Of a stretch of DNA of 64,000 nt, positions 7,227-16,142 are shown one piece after another. This DNA comes from Candidatus Acetothermia bacterium. Lineage in GTDB: Bacteria > Bipolaricaulota > Bipolaricaulia > Bipolaricaulales > Bipolaricaulaceae. The translations under genes were made by a program, and so were the position numbers. Positions within the stretch are counted from its first letter, which is position 1; every line of letters begins with the position of its first letter. The stretch is taken from contig PXEP01000172.1 of NCBI GenBank assembly GCA_003566155.1, positions 1,408-65,407 on the forward strand. The letters run 5' to 3'. The notes under the pieces were generated by a model. The model searched no databases. It was not told where the DNA came from and worked only from the letters and a program-made list of their open reading frames with translations.

Positions 7227-10200
7227 GTGGCGATATCGGGTGATGACATCAGAGCAATCCAGCTTGCCCTGGCTTCTCCGGAGGAGATGCTTGGGTGGTC
7301 CCGGGGAGAGGTAACCAACTCCGAAACCATTAATTACCGTACGCATAAGCCGGAACGCGGTGGATTGTACGCAGAGGAGATTTTCGGCCCGGAGAACGAT
7401 TACGAGTGCTCCTGCGGGAAGTACCGCGGGCGGAAGTATGAGGGAATCACCTGCGAGAAGTGTGGGGTGTTGGTTACTGATTCGGGGGTCCGCCGGGTCA
7501 ATATGGGTCATATGAGGTTGGCCAGCCCGGTGGTGCACTTCTGGTATCTAAAAGGAGTGGCCAGCCCGCTGTCGCGCCTTCTGGGGATCAAGCGACGTGA
7601 CTTGCGGAGGATCGCCTACTACGAGACGGAAACAGCTCGCGAGGACCTGTACATCGTCACCCAGTCCGCCTCTCCCAAGGTTCGGGTAGGTGAGCCGCTT
7701 TACGACACAGAGGTGCGAATACTGTCATCCGTATTCAGCTTCCAGGTGGAGCGGGCCATGCTGGTGGCCGAGGCCCCGGATGTAAGGGCCGATGAAGCCG
7801 GCGTGGTCAGCGTTGAGGCTAGGCGATTGGAGAGCGGGGAAACTTTCCATGTGGCCGCTGTGGGCCGCCACGAGTACCCGGTGGCCCCTGATGTGGAGCT
7901 GATGGTCGAGGACGGAGACGAGGTCGAGCAAGGTGAGCTTATCGCCGAACGGCCTGCGGTGGAAATCTGCTCTCAGACGATGTTCGATATGTTGCAGGCC
8001 CGCTACGAAGGGGTAGAAGGGCACACGGTAGAGGAAACGGTGGACAACCTTACCTATCTGGTTACGCGGGTGGGAAAGGACGTCCCGCTGCGACTGGGGC
8101 AGTCATTGACCTCTTTGGAGGTGCGTGCCTACGAGCGAGCCTTCCCGGGTGCGGTGGAAGCGGCCACGGGAGCTCAAGGCATCAAGGGTCTGCTAGGGAG
8201 TCTGCAGCTGGACGAGCTGGTGGACGAACTATGGCTGGAACTGGACCAGACTGCTAACCAAGGGGACAGGCGACGGATCCTACATAGACTGGAAGTAGTG
8301 GATCAGCTGCGACAGTCGGAGAACCGCCCCGAGCACATCGTACTGGAAGTGATCCCGGTGCTCCCTCCCCATCTGCGTCCGATGATCCAGCTGGAGGGTG
8401 GCAAGTTCGCTACCACCGACCTAAACGACCTGTATCGCCGCATAGTCAACCGTAATAACCGCCTTAACAAGCTTATGGAGATGGGGGCGCCCGAGATCAT
8501 CCTGCGCAACGAACGCCGCATGCTCCAGGAGGCGGTGGACGCACTGATCCATAACGAGAAAAAGGACAACCCCATCCGCGGCCGCGATGGCCGTCCATTG
8601 AAGTCGCTTTCCGAGCGGATACAAGGAAAGCAAGGACGACTCCGACGGCACCTACTGGGAAGAAGAGTCGATTACTCCGGGCGAGCGGTCATCGTGGTCA
8701 ACCCCAAACTCAAGCTGTCGCAATGCGGAATCCCCAAGAAGATGGCGCTGAGATTGTTTCAGCCTTTTGTGACCGCGCGGCTGGAGGATGTGCCGTTCTC
8801 GGACTACGACGAACTCATCAACCGGGCGATGAACGGGGAACTTCCTGAGGTGTGGGATGTTCTGGATCAACTAATCAAGGAGTACCCGGTGTTGCTGAAT
8901 CGGGCTCCGACGCTCCACCGATTGAGCATCCAGGGATTTGAGCCGGTGCTGGTGGATGGAGATGCTATCCAGATCCATCCGCACGTGTGCCCATCCTACA
9001 ATGCCGATTTTGACGGGGACCAGATGGCTGTGCATCTTCCCCTTTCCAGGGAGGCGGTGGATGAGGTCCGTGAACTCATGCTTTCGGTGCGGAACATCCT
9101 TTCCCCAGCCCATGGGGATCCGTTGGCCGTGCCAACGCAGGATCAAGTCTACGGGACCTATTACCTGTCGCTAGTTGATCGGCAAGCCACGGGTGCGGGG
9201 ATGATGTTCACGTCGATCAACGAGGCTCGCCGAGCCTACGATCGGGGAGATCTATCCCTTCACGCACCGGTGAAGATGAGGCTCGATGGGCAGGTGCGGG
9301 AAACGACGTTGGGTAGGGCGATTTTAAACGAAGCGCTCCCTCCTGACTTGCAAGACTATGAGGTGCTGTTTGAGTCGCGGGTGGTGAGGTCGAAGGTCCA
9401 TGAATGCTACTTGCGTCACGGTTGGGAAAGAACGGCGCAGCTTCTGGATCGGCTGAAGGAACTGGGGTTCAAGTATGCCACGATTTCCGGTCTGACCATT
9501 TCCATCACCGACTGTGAGATTCCCGTAGAGAAAGAGAAGCTGATCGAGCGGGCCCAAGAACAGGTGGACCGGATAAACCATATGTACAGGCGTGGCCTGG
9601 CCACCGATGAGGAGCGCTTCCTTGCCGTGATCCGCGTTTGGCGGGACACCGTGGACGCGGTCGAAGAGGTCACCATGGGGAATCTTTCCCAGAAGCAGTT
9701 CAACCCGGTGTGGGGAATTGTGGCCTCGGGCGCCCGCGGTTCCTCCAGCCAGGTGAAGCAATTGGTGGGCATGAGGGGCCCGATGTCCGACCCGCAGGGC
9801 CATATCATAGAGTGGCCGGTCAAGTCCAACTTCCGCGAGGGGCTAAGCATTTTGGAGTACTTCATCTCCACCCACGGTGGGCGCAAAGGAACGGCCGATA
9901 CTGCCCTGCGCACCGCGGACGCCGGATACCTGACTCGGCGGCTGGTGGATGCCTGTGTGGACGTCATCATCCGTGAGGAGGACTGTGGGACGCGGCAGGG
10001 GGAGGATATTGATCCGCTGTACTTCGCCAAGGACGAGGTCATGGAGGATATCCCCCGACGACTGTACGGGCGGTTTACAGCCGAAGCGGTGCGGGATCCG
10101 CGCACCGGTGAAGTGTTGCTGGAGCGGGATCATCTCATCGATCGCCAGACCGCGGAGCGTGTGGGGCGGCTGGAAGTGGAGTTGGACCTCGGGGACCCTG

Positions 10201-12191
10201 AGGTAGTCGAGCGCATCGTATACTGCAAATCGCTCGAGGACGTGCGCAGCCCGGACACGGGTGTCACGCTCGTTCGGCGTGATGAGCATATAACTCCCGA
10301 GTTGAGGGACGAACTCCTGGAAGCGGGCGTGGAGCGGATACGCGTCCGGCCACGCATTTCCGTGCGGGCCCCCACCACCTGCCGATGCGCGGATGGGTTG
10401 TGCCAGAAATGTTACGGGCTCATGCTTGCCTACCACCGGATGGTGGAATTGGGCACCGCAGTGGGTGTGATCGCCGCTCAATCAATCGGAGAGCCCGGCA
10501 CCCAGCTTACGATGAGAACGTTCCATACCGGCGGGGTCGTCGGTGTGGATATCACCCAGGGTCTTCCTCGGGCAGAGGAACTGTTCGAGGCGCGCAAAAC
10601 TACCAAGGCGGCCCATGCACCGGTATCGCCACTGGCCGGACATGTAACAGGGGTGGAGCCGACGCGCACCGGACGGGAACGGGTGGAGATCGTTTCCGAC
10701 CTTCGGACAGTGCGCCTACCGGCGGCGCTTGTCGGGGTGGCGGAAGGTTCCGAAGTGGATGCCAACAAGTTCCTCTCCCTGCGTGCTCCCCGAGCGGGGA
10801 CGGCGTTCTTCCACCAGAAGGACGGGCAGCGCAGACTCACCATTTTGGATACCGCTGGGTTGGATAGGATACACGTGTTGCCTACGGAAGCGGGTCCGGC
10901 GGTGGAACAGGGACAAACGGTGGAAGAGGGCGCGCCCTTGAGCCAAGAGTACCATGTGGAGGCGCCTCTGGCCGACGTTCAAGGAACCGTGGAGATCAAG
11001 GAGGAGGACAAGACACGCCTTGTAGTGCTGCACGGGGACGACGGCAAGACGTATCGCTATGAAGCACCTTATGGGGCGCAAATCCTGGTCGGTGAAGGAG
11101 AGAAGGTCGAGGAGGGGCGCAAACTGACGACCCGCTCCCGGAGGTTGGTGGTGGCTTCTGAGACCTCTGGGCAGATACTGGTGGGCGAGGGCTCGGTGGC
11201 GGTCATGTCTCCTTCCGGGGCCAGCCTGTCAGTGCCGGTCACAGATGATGTGGTCGCCACGGTGGAGCACGGCGCGCCGATCCGGGAGGGGAGCGAGATA
11301 TTCCGGATCAACCTCCCGCAAGGGGATCAGCTCATGGTCGAAGAGCTGGAGCCAGAGCAGGACGAGGAAGTGGTGAGAGCTCGGGTGCGCTACCGGGCGA
11401 GCGTGGAGTGTGCGGAGGCGGTCATCGTCAGGCCGGGCGAGAAGCTCGAGCGAGGTGAGGCGCTGTCCAAAGGAGTGATCCCCCCCTACTACCTGATGGA
11501 GGTAGCGGGGGTGCACAAGACACGTGAGTATCTGCTTACTGAGCTACAGAAGGTCTATCGCTCGCAGGGCGTGGACATCAACGACAAGCACTTCGAGATC
11601 GTCATTCGTCAGATACTGAACAACGTCCGGATCGTCAACCCAGGCGAGTCGAGTTTTGTCCTCAATGACGTGGTTCCGCTGGAGGTCTTCCAGCACGAAG
11701 TTCAGCAATTGTCGGCGGAAAACGAGCGCATAAGGCGTGAGCGGGAGGAAATCATCGGGGATCCGCTGCTGGCGCCGGTCACCCGGGGAGGAGCCACGCT
11801 GGCCGACGCCGGTGAGACGATGACCGCCGAGCTTCTGGACAGGCTGGTGGCGCAGGACGTCCGCCAGGTGAACGTGGAACATCTCGGAGAGGCGCGCACT
11901 GTACGTGTGGCCGAGTACAGAATACCGCGAGGCGAGCGGGAGCTGCTTCGGATATCTCGTGCGGCGCTACTGAGGAAATCATGGCTGGCCGCCGCCTCGT
12001 TCGAGCGCACAACGAAGGTCCTGGCTGATGCTGCGCTGAGAGGCGATAAGGATTACCTGGAAGGCCTGAAACCGTGCCTCATGGTGGGCAAACGTGTGCC
12101 TGTGGGAACCGGCTACCCCCGATCAGCACCACCCGACGAGGTTCAGCCACAGGAGCACGAGGGAGACGAGGGTGAACCGGCGGAGGATTGA
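7227..12191 (+). CDS. rpoC: DNA-directed RNA polymerase subunit beta-prime
   Basis: 1654 aa, GTG start. Motifs seen: N-terminal Zn finger CSCGKYRGRKYEGITCEKCG, VLPPHLRP, DLNDLYRRIVNRNNRLNKL, catalytic NADFDGDQMAVH, trigger-loop region GEPGTQLTMRTFHTGG, ITQGLPRAEELFEAR, VYRSQGVDINDKHFEIVIRQ. Confidence 0.98.
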   Translation: MAISGDDIRAIQLALASPEEMLGWSRGEVTNSETINYRTHKPERGGLYAEEIFGPENDYECSCGKYRGRKYEGITCEKCGVLVTDSGVRRVNMGHMRLASPVVHFWYLKGVASPLSRLLGIKRRDLRRIAYYETETAREDLYIVTQSASPKVRVGEPLYDTEVRILSSVFSFQVERAMLVAEAPDVRADEAGVVSVEARRLESGETFHVAAVGRHEYPVAPDVELMVEDGDEVEQGELIAERPAVEICSQTMFDMLQARYEGVEGHTVEETVDNLTYLVTRVGKDVPLRLGQSLTSLEVRAYERAFPGAVEAATGAQGIKGLLGSLQLDELVDELWLELDQTANQGDRRRILHRLEVVDQLRQSENRPEHIVLEVIPVLPPHLRPMIQLEGGKFATTDLNDLYRRIVNRNNRLNKLMEMGAPEIILRNERRMLQEAVDALIHNEKKDNPIRGRDGRPLKSLSERIQGKQGRLRRHLLGRRVDYSGRAVIVVNPKLKLSQCGIPKKMALRLFQPFVTARLEDVPFSDYDELINRAMNGELPEVWDVLDQLIKEYPVLLNRAPTLHRLSIQGFEPVLVDGDAIQIHPHVCPSYNADFDGDQMAVHLPLSREAVDEVRELMLSVRNILSPAHGDPLAVPTQDQVYGTYYLSLVDRQATGAGMMFTSINEARRAYDRGDLSLHAPVKMRLDGQVRETTLGRAILNEALPPDLQDYEVLFESRVVRSKVHECYLRHGWERTAQLLDRLKELGFKYATISGLTISITDCEIPVEKEKLIERAQEQVDRINHMYRRGLATDEERFLAVIRVWRDTVDAVEEVTMGNLSQKQFNPVWGIVASGARGSSSQVKQLVGMRGPMSDPQGHIIEWPVKSNFREGLSILEYFISTHGGRKGTADTALRTADAGYLTRRLVDACVDVIIREEDCGTRQGEDIDPLYFAKDEVMEDIPRRLYGRFTAEAVRDPRTGEVLLERDHLIDRQTAERVGRLEVELDLGDPEVVERIVYCKSLEDVRSPDTGVTLVRRDEHITPELRDELLEAGVERIRVRPRISVRAPTTCRCADGLCQKCYGLMLAYHRMVELGTAVGVIAAQSIGEPGTQLTMRTFHTGGVVGVDITQGLPRAEELFEARKTTKAAHAPVSPLAGHVTGVEPTRTGRERVEIVSDLRTVRLPAALVGVAEGSEVDANKFLSLRAPRAGTAFFHQKDGQRRLTILDTAGLDRIHVLPTEAGPAVEQGQTVEEGAPLSQEYHVEAPLADVQGTVEIKEEDKTRLVVLHGDDGKTYRYEAPYGAQILVGEGEKVEEGRKLTTRSRRLVVASETSGQILVGEGSVAVMSPSGASLSVPVTDDVVATVEHGAPIREGSEIFRINLPQGDQLMVEELEPEQDEEVVRARVRYRASVECAEAVIVRPGEKLERGEALSKGVIPPYYLMEVAGVHKTREYLLTELQKVYRSQGVDINDKHFEIVIRQILNNVRIVNPGESSFVLNDVVPLEVFQHEVQQLSAENERIRREREEIIGDPLLAPVTRGGATLADAGETMTAELLDRLVAQDVRQVNVEHLGEARTVRVAEYRIPRGERELLRISRAALLRKSWLAAASFERTTKVLADAALRGDKDYLEGLKPCLMVGKRVPVGTGYPRSAPPDEVQPQEHEGDEGEPAED

Positions 12192-12215
12192 TCCGCGCTC
12201 GACGATGGATATAAT
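12188..12215 (+). promoter_or_regulatory. candidate sigma70 promoter of the str/S10/spc/alpha superoperon
   Basis: TTGATC (12188-12193, overlapping the rpoC TGA), 16-nt spacer, consensus TATAAT (12210-12215). AGGAGG at 12227-12232 and the rpsL ATG at 12237. Confidence 0.6.
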
Positions 12216-12236
12216 GCGGCCCATGCAGGAGGTAGA

Positions 12237-12614
12237 ATGCCAACGTACAACCAGTTAATTCGTAATGGACGAAAGCCGGTGCGCAGCAAGAGTAAGTCGG
12301 CTGCGCTCATGGGCTGTCCCCAGCGTAGGGGGGTTTGCGTACGGGTGTTCACGCGTACCCCCAAGAAGCCCAATTCGGCCCTGCGTAAGGTAGCCCGAGT
12401 CAGGCTGAGCAACGGCCGTGAGGTGTCGGCATACATCCCGGGAGAGGGCCATAACTTGCAGGAACACTCTATCGTGCTTGTGCGCGGAGGGCGAGTTAAG
12501 GATCTGCCGGGAGTCAAGTATCACATCGTCCGTGGTTCGCTCGACGCCGCCGGCGTGGAAGGGCGGCGCCAGAGTCGCTCAAGGTATGGCGCGAAGCGCC
12601 CTAAGGGAGCTTGA
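12237..12614 (+). CDS. rpsL: 30S ribosomal protein S12
   Basis: [14 protein letters not shown]...[20 protein letters not shown]...[19 protein letters not shown]. Confidence 0.98.
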   Translation: MPTYNQLIRNGRKPVRSKSKSAALMGCPQRRGVCVRVFTRTPKKPNSALRKVARVRLSNGREVSAYIPGEGHNLQEHSIVLVRGGRVKDLPGVKYHIVRGSLDAAGVEGRRQSRSRYGAKRPKGA

Positions 12615-12615
12615 A

Positions 12616-13089
12616 ATGGCCACGGTGAACCTCGTTATACCTGGACGCGACGTCGCACCGGATGTGCGATACGGTTCGAAACTGGTGGAGAAGTCCATTT
12701 GCTACGTGATGCAGGATGGCAAGAAGAGCGCCGCCCGGCGGTGCGTCTACGAGGCGTTCGACCTCCTGGAGCGTCGTGGAGAAGGTCCTGCTCTGGAGAC
12801 GTTCATCAAAGCCGTGCAGAACTGCATGCCCAAGCTGGAGGTCCGTTCTCGCCGTGTGGGGGGTGCCACGTATCAAGTGCCATTTGAGGTACCCCAGAAC
12901 AGGCAGACCATGCTAGCGTTGCGCTGGCTGACATCTGCAGCCCGCGCGCGCTCGGAGTACACAATGCCCGAGCGGCTGGCGGCGGAGATCTCCGAGGCTG
13001 CCCGGGGCGAAGGGCGTGCCTACGGAAGGCGGCAGGAATCCCATCGCATGGCTGAGGCGAACCGGGCCTTCGCCCATTACCGCTGGTGA
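12616..13089 (+). CDS. rpsG: 30S ribosomal protein S7
   Basis: ATG 12616 within ORF 12418..13089. Contains ...PDVRYGSKLVEKSICYVMQDGKKSAA...VRSRRVGGATYQVPFEV...AEANRAFAHYRW. Confidence 0.95.
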   Translation: MATVNLVIPGRDVAPDVRYGSKLVEKSICYVMQDGKKSAARRCVYEAFDLLERRGEGPALETFIKAVQNCMPKLEVRSRRVGGATYQVPFEVPQNRQTMLALRWLTSAARARSEYTMPERLAAEISEAARGEGRAYGRRQESHRMAEANRAFAHYRW

Positions 13090-13113
13090 GCGGTACCCCC
13101 TAGGTGTTGCCCG

Positions 13114-15198
13114 ATGGAGGGTGGGGCGTACGACATCCACAAAGTTCGCAACATTGGTGTCGTCGCACACATAGACGCGGGTAAGACCACCCTGTCTGAG
13201 CGCTTTCTCTATTACAGCGGTCGCATACACCGCATGGGGGAAGTGCATGATGGGACCGCGGAGATGGACTGGATGGCCCAAGAACGCGAGCGGGGCATCA
13301 CGATCACGGCAGCAGCGACCACCTTTTTCTGGGACGGCCACCAGCTTAACTTGATCGATACCCCCGGCCATGTCGACTTCACCGTGGAAGTAGAGCGCTC
13401 GCTGCGGGTGCTCGACGGAGCGGTGGTCGTATTGTCCGGGGTGGAAGGTGTGGAGTCCCAGTCGGAAGCCGTTTGGCGCCAGGCGGATCGATACCAGGTT
13501 CCGCGGGTGGCGTTCGTCAACAAGCTGGACCGTGGAGAATCGGACTTTGCGGGCACGGTGGCCATGATGGAGCAGCGCCTGGGGGTAACGCCGCTGGTTC
13601 TTATGTTCCCGTGGAAGGACAAAGACGGGCGGCTTCTGGGCCTGGTGGACGTGATTACGGGGAACCTGCTGCAGTGGGACGAAGAATCACATGGCCTGCA
13701 GTTTGAGGAACGGCCTCTGCCTGAGGAACTGAGGGAACCGTTCAAGTACTGGCGCGATACATTGTTGGAGCGACTGGCCGACCATTCCGATGTGCTGGCT
13801 GAAAAGTACTTAGCCGGTGCCTCGATCCCCGAAGAGGACATGCATGCTGTGGTGCGCGAACTGACAGTCAAGCGGCAAGCGGTTGCCGTGCTGGGCGGAA
13901 GCGCGCTGGCCAATGTGGGGGTTCAGCCGGTGTTGAATGCGGCCGTAAGGTACCTTCCCTCCCCCCCCGAGGTGCCGCCGGTGGAAGGACACCCCCCCGG
14001 GAGTACGGAGGTGATTGCCTGCCGTGCGGAGGCCAGCGATCCGTTGGCGGCGTTGGTGTTCAAGGTGGCGGCCGATCCGTACGCTGAACGGTTGCTCTAT
14101 GCACGCGTTTACTCGGGTTCCATTTCTGAGGGTGAGGTTGTTCTGAACGCCGACTCCGGGCGCCGGGCGCGGATGGTACGACTGTTTAGGATGCACGCCA
14201 ATCGGCGGGAGAGACTATCCCGCGCGTGGGCCGGGGACATCGTAGGGATTATCACCACCGAGCGTGTACTGACCGGCGACACGTTGTGTGCACAGGATCG
14301 GCCGGTGGTGTTGGAGAGAATTGTGTTCCCGGAGCCAGTTGTGTTCGCTGCGGTAGAGCCCCGCTCGGAAGCCGAGGAAACGAAGCTCCGCCAGTCACTT
14401 GAGCGGATAGCGCAAGAGGACCCAACGTTTCAGGCGGTGGAGGACGAGTCGACGGGGCAACTGTTGGTCGGGGGGATGGGCGAGCTACAGCTGCAGGTAC
14501 AGCTGCGTCGTTTGCAAGAGGAATTCGGCGTTGGGCATCGTGTGGGGCGGCCGCAGGTGGCGTACAAGCAGAGCGCCGCTGGGTGGGCGGAAGTGGAGGA
14601 AGAGTTGTCGCGGACCGTGGCCGGCCGGGCCCAGTATGCGAAACTGCGGTTGACCATCGCTCCTGTGGACCGAGGGGAGGGGGTCAAGGTGTTGGCCAAT
14701 GCGAGCGGGGAAGAACTGCCCGCCGAGTACTTAGAGGCGGCCCGCCGGGGAGCCCTGGGGGCGCTGGGCAGCAGCCCGATCGGGGGGTTCCCGGTTACCG
14801 ACGTGACGGTGGAGATCACGGGAGGAGCATTCCGTCCTGCAGATTCGAGCGAGTTTGCTTTCGAAGCTTGTGCTACGCAGGCGGTGAGGAAGGGATTGGA
14901 ACAAGCGGGGATGACTCTGTTGGAACCCATGGCAGTGGGTGATATAATCACGCCCAGCGAGTACCTTGGAGAGGTCGTTTCGGATCTGGGACGCAGAAGG
15001 GGACAGATCCACAAGATCTCTACCAGGGGGCCCGTGGAAAGCGTACGGGTTACCATTCCGGTGGTTGAGACCTTCGGGTACGCAACACAACTGCGTTCGC
15101 TAACTCAGGGAAGGGCGACGTGTTCCCTTCGCGTGGCCCAGTATGATGTGGTCCCGGAGGAGACCGCGCGTGAGGTTCTAAGGAGCAGAGGGTACTGA
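13114..15198 (+). CDS. fusA: elongation factor G family GTPase (divergent domain IV tips)
   Basis: 694 aa. G motifs AHIDAGKTT, DTPGHVDF and NKLD, plus LPSP and MHANRRE. Domain IV and V are recognisable, but the tip motifs read AGRAQYAK and GGAFRPADSSE instead of the canonical GGRGQYGH and GSYH(D/E)VDSSE. Confidence 0.9.
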   Translation: MEGGAYDIHKVRNIGVVAHIDAGKTTLSERFLYYSGRIHRMGEVHDGTAEMDWMAQERERGITITAAATTFFWDGHQLNLIDTPGHVDFTVEVERSLRVLDGAVVVLSGVEGVESQSEAVWRQADRYQVPRVAFVNKLDRGESDFAGTVAMMEQRLGVTPLVLMFPWKDKDGRLLGLVDVITGNLLQWDEESHGLQFEERPLPEELREPFKYWRDTLLERLADHSDVLAEKYLAGASIPEEDMHAVVRELTVKRQAVAVLGGSALANVGVQPVLNAAVRYLPSPPEVPPVEGHPPGSTEVIACRAEASDPLAALVFKVAADPYAERLLYARVYSGSISEGEVVLNADSGRRARMVRLFRMHANRRERLSRAWAGDIVGIITTERVLTGDTLCAQDRPVVLERIVFPEPVVFAAVEPRSEAEETKLRQSLERIAQEDPTFQAVEDESTGQLLVGGMGELQLQVQLRRLQEEFGVGHRVGRPQVAYKQSAAGWAEVEEELSRTVAGRAQYAKLRLTIAPVDRGEGVKVLANASGEELPAEYLEAARRGALGALGSSPIGGFPVTDVTVEITGGAFRPADSSEFAFEACATQAVRKGLEQAGMTLLEPMAVGDIITPSEYLGEVVSDLGRRRGQIHKISTRGPVESVRVTIPVVETFGYATQLRSLTQGRATCSLRVAQYDVVPEETAREVLRSRGY

Positions 15199-15199
15199 T

Positions 15200-15508
15200 A
15201 TGGCTAGGGAGAAGATCCGAATAAAGTTGCAGAGCTACGATCACGAACTGGTGGATGCGGCTGTGCGCAAACTGGTGGACACCGCGCGGAGCACCCGGGC
15301 ACGAGTGGCGGGACCAATCCCCCTGCCCACTGATCGACGTTTGTACACCGTGCTCCGTTCCCCTCACGTGAACAAGCGGTCGATGGAACACTTCGAGCGC
15401 AAGGTACACCGGCGGCTGATCGACATACGGGAGCCCACCTCGGAGACGATAAACGCACTGATGGAGGTTGAGCTCCCCACCGGAATCGACATCGAGATCA
15501 AGCTTTAG
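15200..15508 (+). CDS. rpsJ: 30S ribosomal protein S10
   Basis: MAREKIRIKLQSYDHELVDAA...GPIPLPT...VLRSPHVNKRSMEHFE...RLIDI. Confidence 0.98.
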   Translation: MAREKIRIKLQSYDHELVDAAVRKLVDTARSTRARVAGPIPLPTDRRLYTVLRSPHVNKRSMEHFERKVHRRLIDIREPTSETINALMEVELPTGIDIEIKL

Positions 15509-15518
15509 GGGGAAACCA

Positions 15519-16142
15519 ATGGGTCTGGCGCTAATGGGCAAGAAGGCTGGTATGACGCAGTGGTTCGATGGCGAAGGCCGTGCTGTGGGGGCCACAGTGG
15601 TCGTCGTAGAGCCCTCAGTGGTGGTGGATGTGAGGGAGCCGGATCGGCATGGCTATAGTGCCGTTCAGCTGGGCTACGGACAGACGAAGGAAGAGAGAGT
15701 CCCCTCACCGGTAAGGGGCCAATACGCGAAGGCGAAGCTGGCTCCGCGAAGACATATGTACGAAGCCCGGGTGCAGGACGTGGAAGGGTATGCCGTGGGA
15801 CAGGAAATTGACGTGGAGGCGTTCTCCGAAGGGGACCTGGTGGATGTTACAGGTGTTTCCAAGGGCCGTGGTTTTTCGGGAACGATCAAACGTCATGGGT
15901 TTAGCTCGCGTCCGAAATCCCATGGGCACAAGATGATCCGGCGCCCGGGCACGGCCGGTCCCACGGGTCCGCGAAAGGTTATGAAGGGCAAGCGCATGCC
16001 GGGACATTTTGGAGCCAAGCGGGTTACGATGCGCAACATCGAGGTGCTGAAGGTGGACGCCGAACGCGGGCTGTTGGTGCTCAGGGGCTCAGTGCCGGGG
16101 CACAAGAAGGGGCTGCTCAAGATAAGGAAGAGCGATGCTTGA
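15519..16142 (+). CDS. rplC: 50S ribosomal protein L3
   Basis: ATG 15519 within ORF 15468..16142. MGLALMGKKAGMTQWFDGEG...GVSKGRGFSGTIKRHGF. Confidence 0.97.
   Translation: MGLALMGKKAGMTQWFDGEGRAVGATVVVVEPSVVVDVREPDRHGYSAVQLGYGQTKEERVPSPVRGQYAKAKLAPRRHMYEARVQDVEGYAVGQEIDVEAFSEGDLVDVTGVSKGRGFSGTIKRHGFSSRPKSHGHKMIRRPGTAGPTGPRKVMKGKRMPGHFGAKRVTMRNIEVLKVDAERGLLVLRGSVPGHKKGLLKIRKSDA

Noticed and set aside
9416-10105. 229-aa antisense ORF inside rpoC, plus several similar ones between 7.7 and 12 kb
   Set aside because: It is antisense to an unambiguous beta-prime coding frame, and its translation is low-complexity S/R/P-rich. GC-rich genes routinely keep the opposite strand open.
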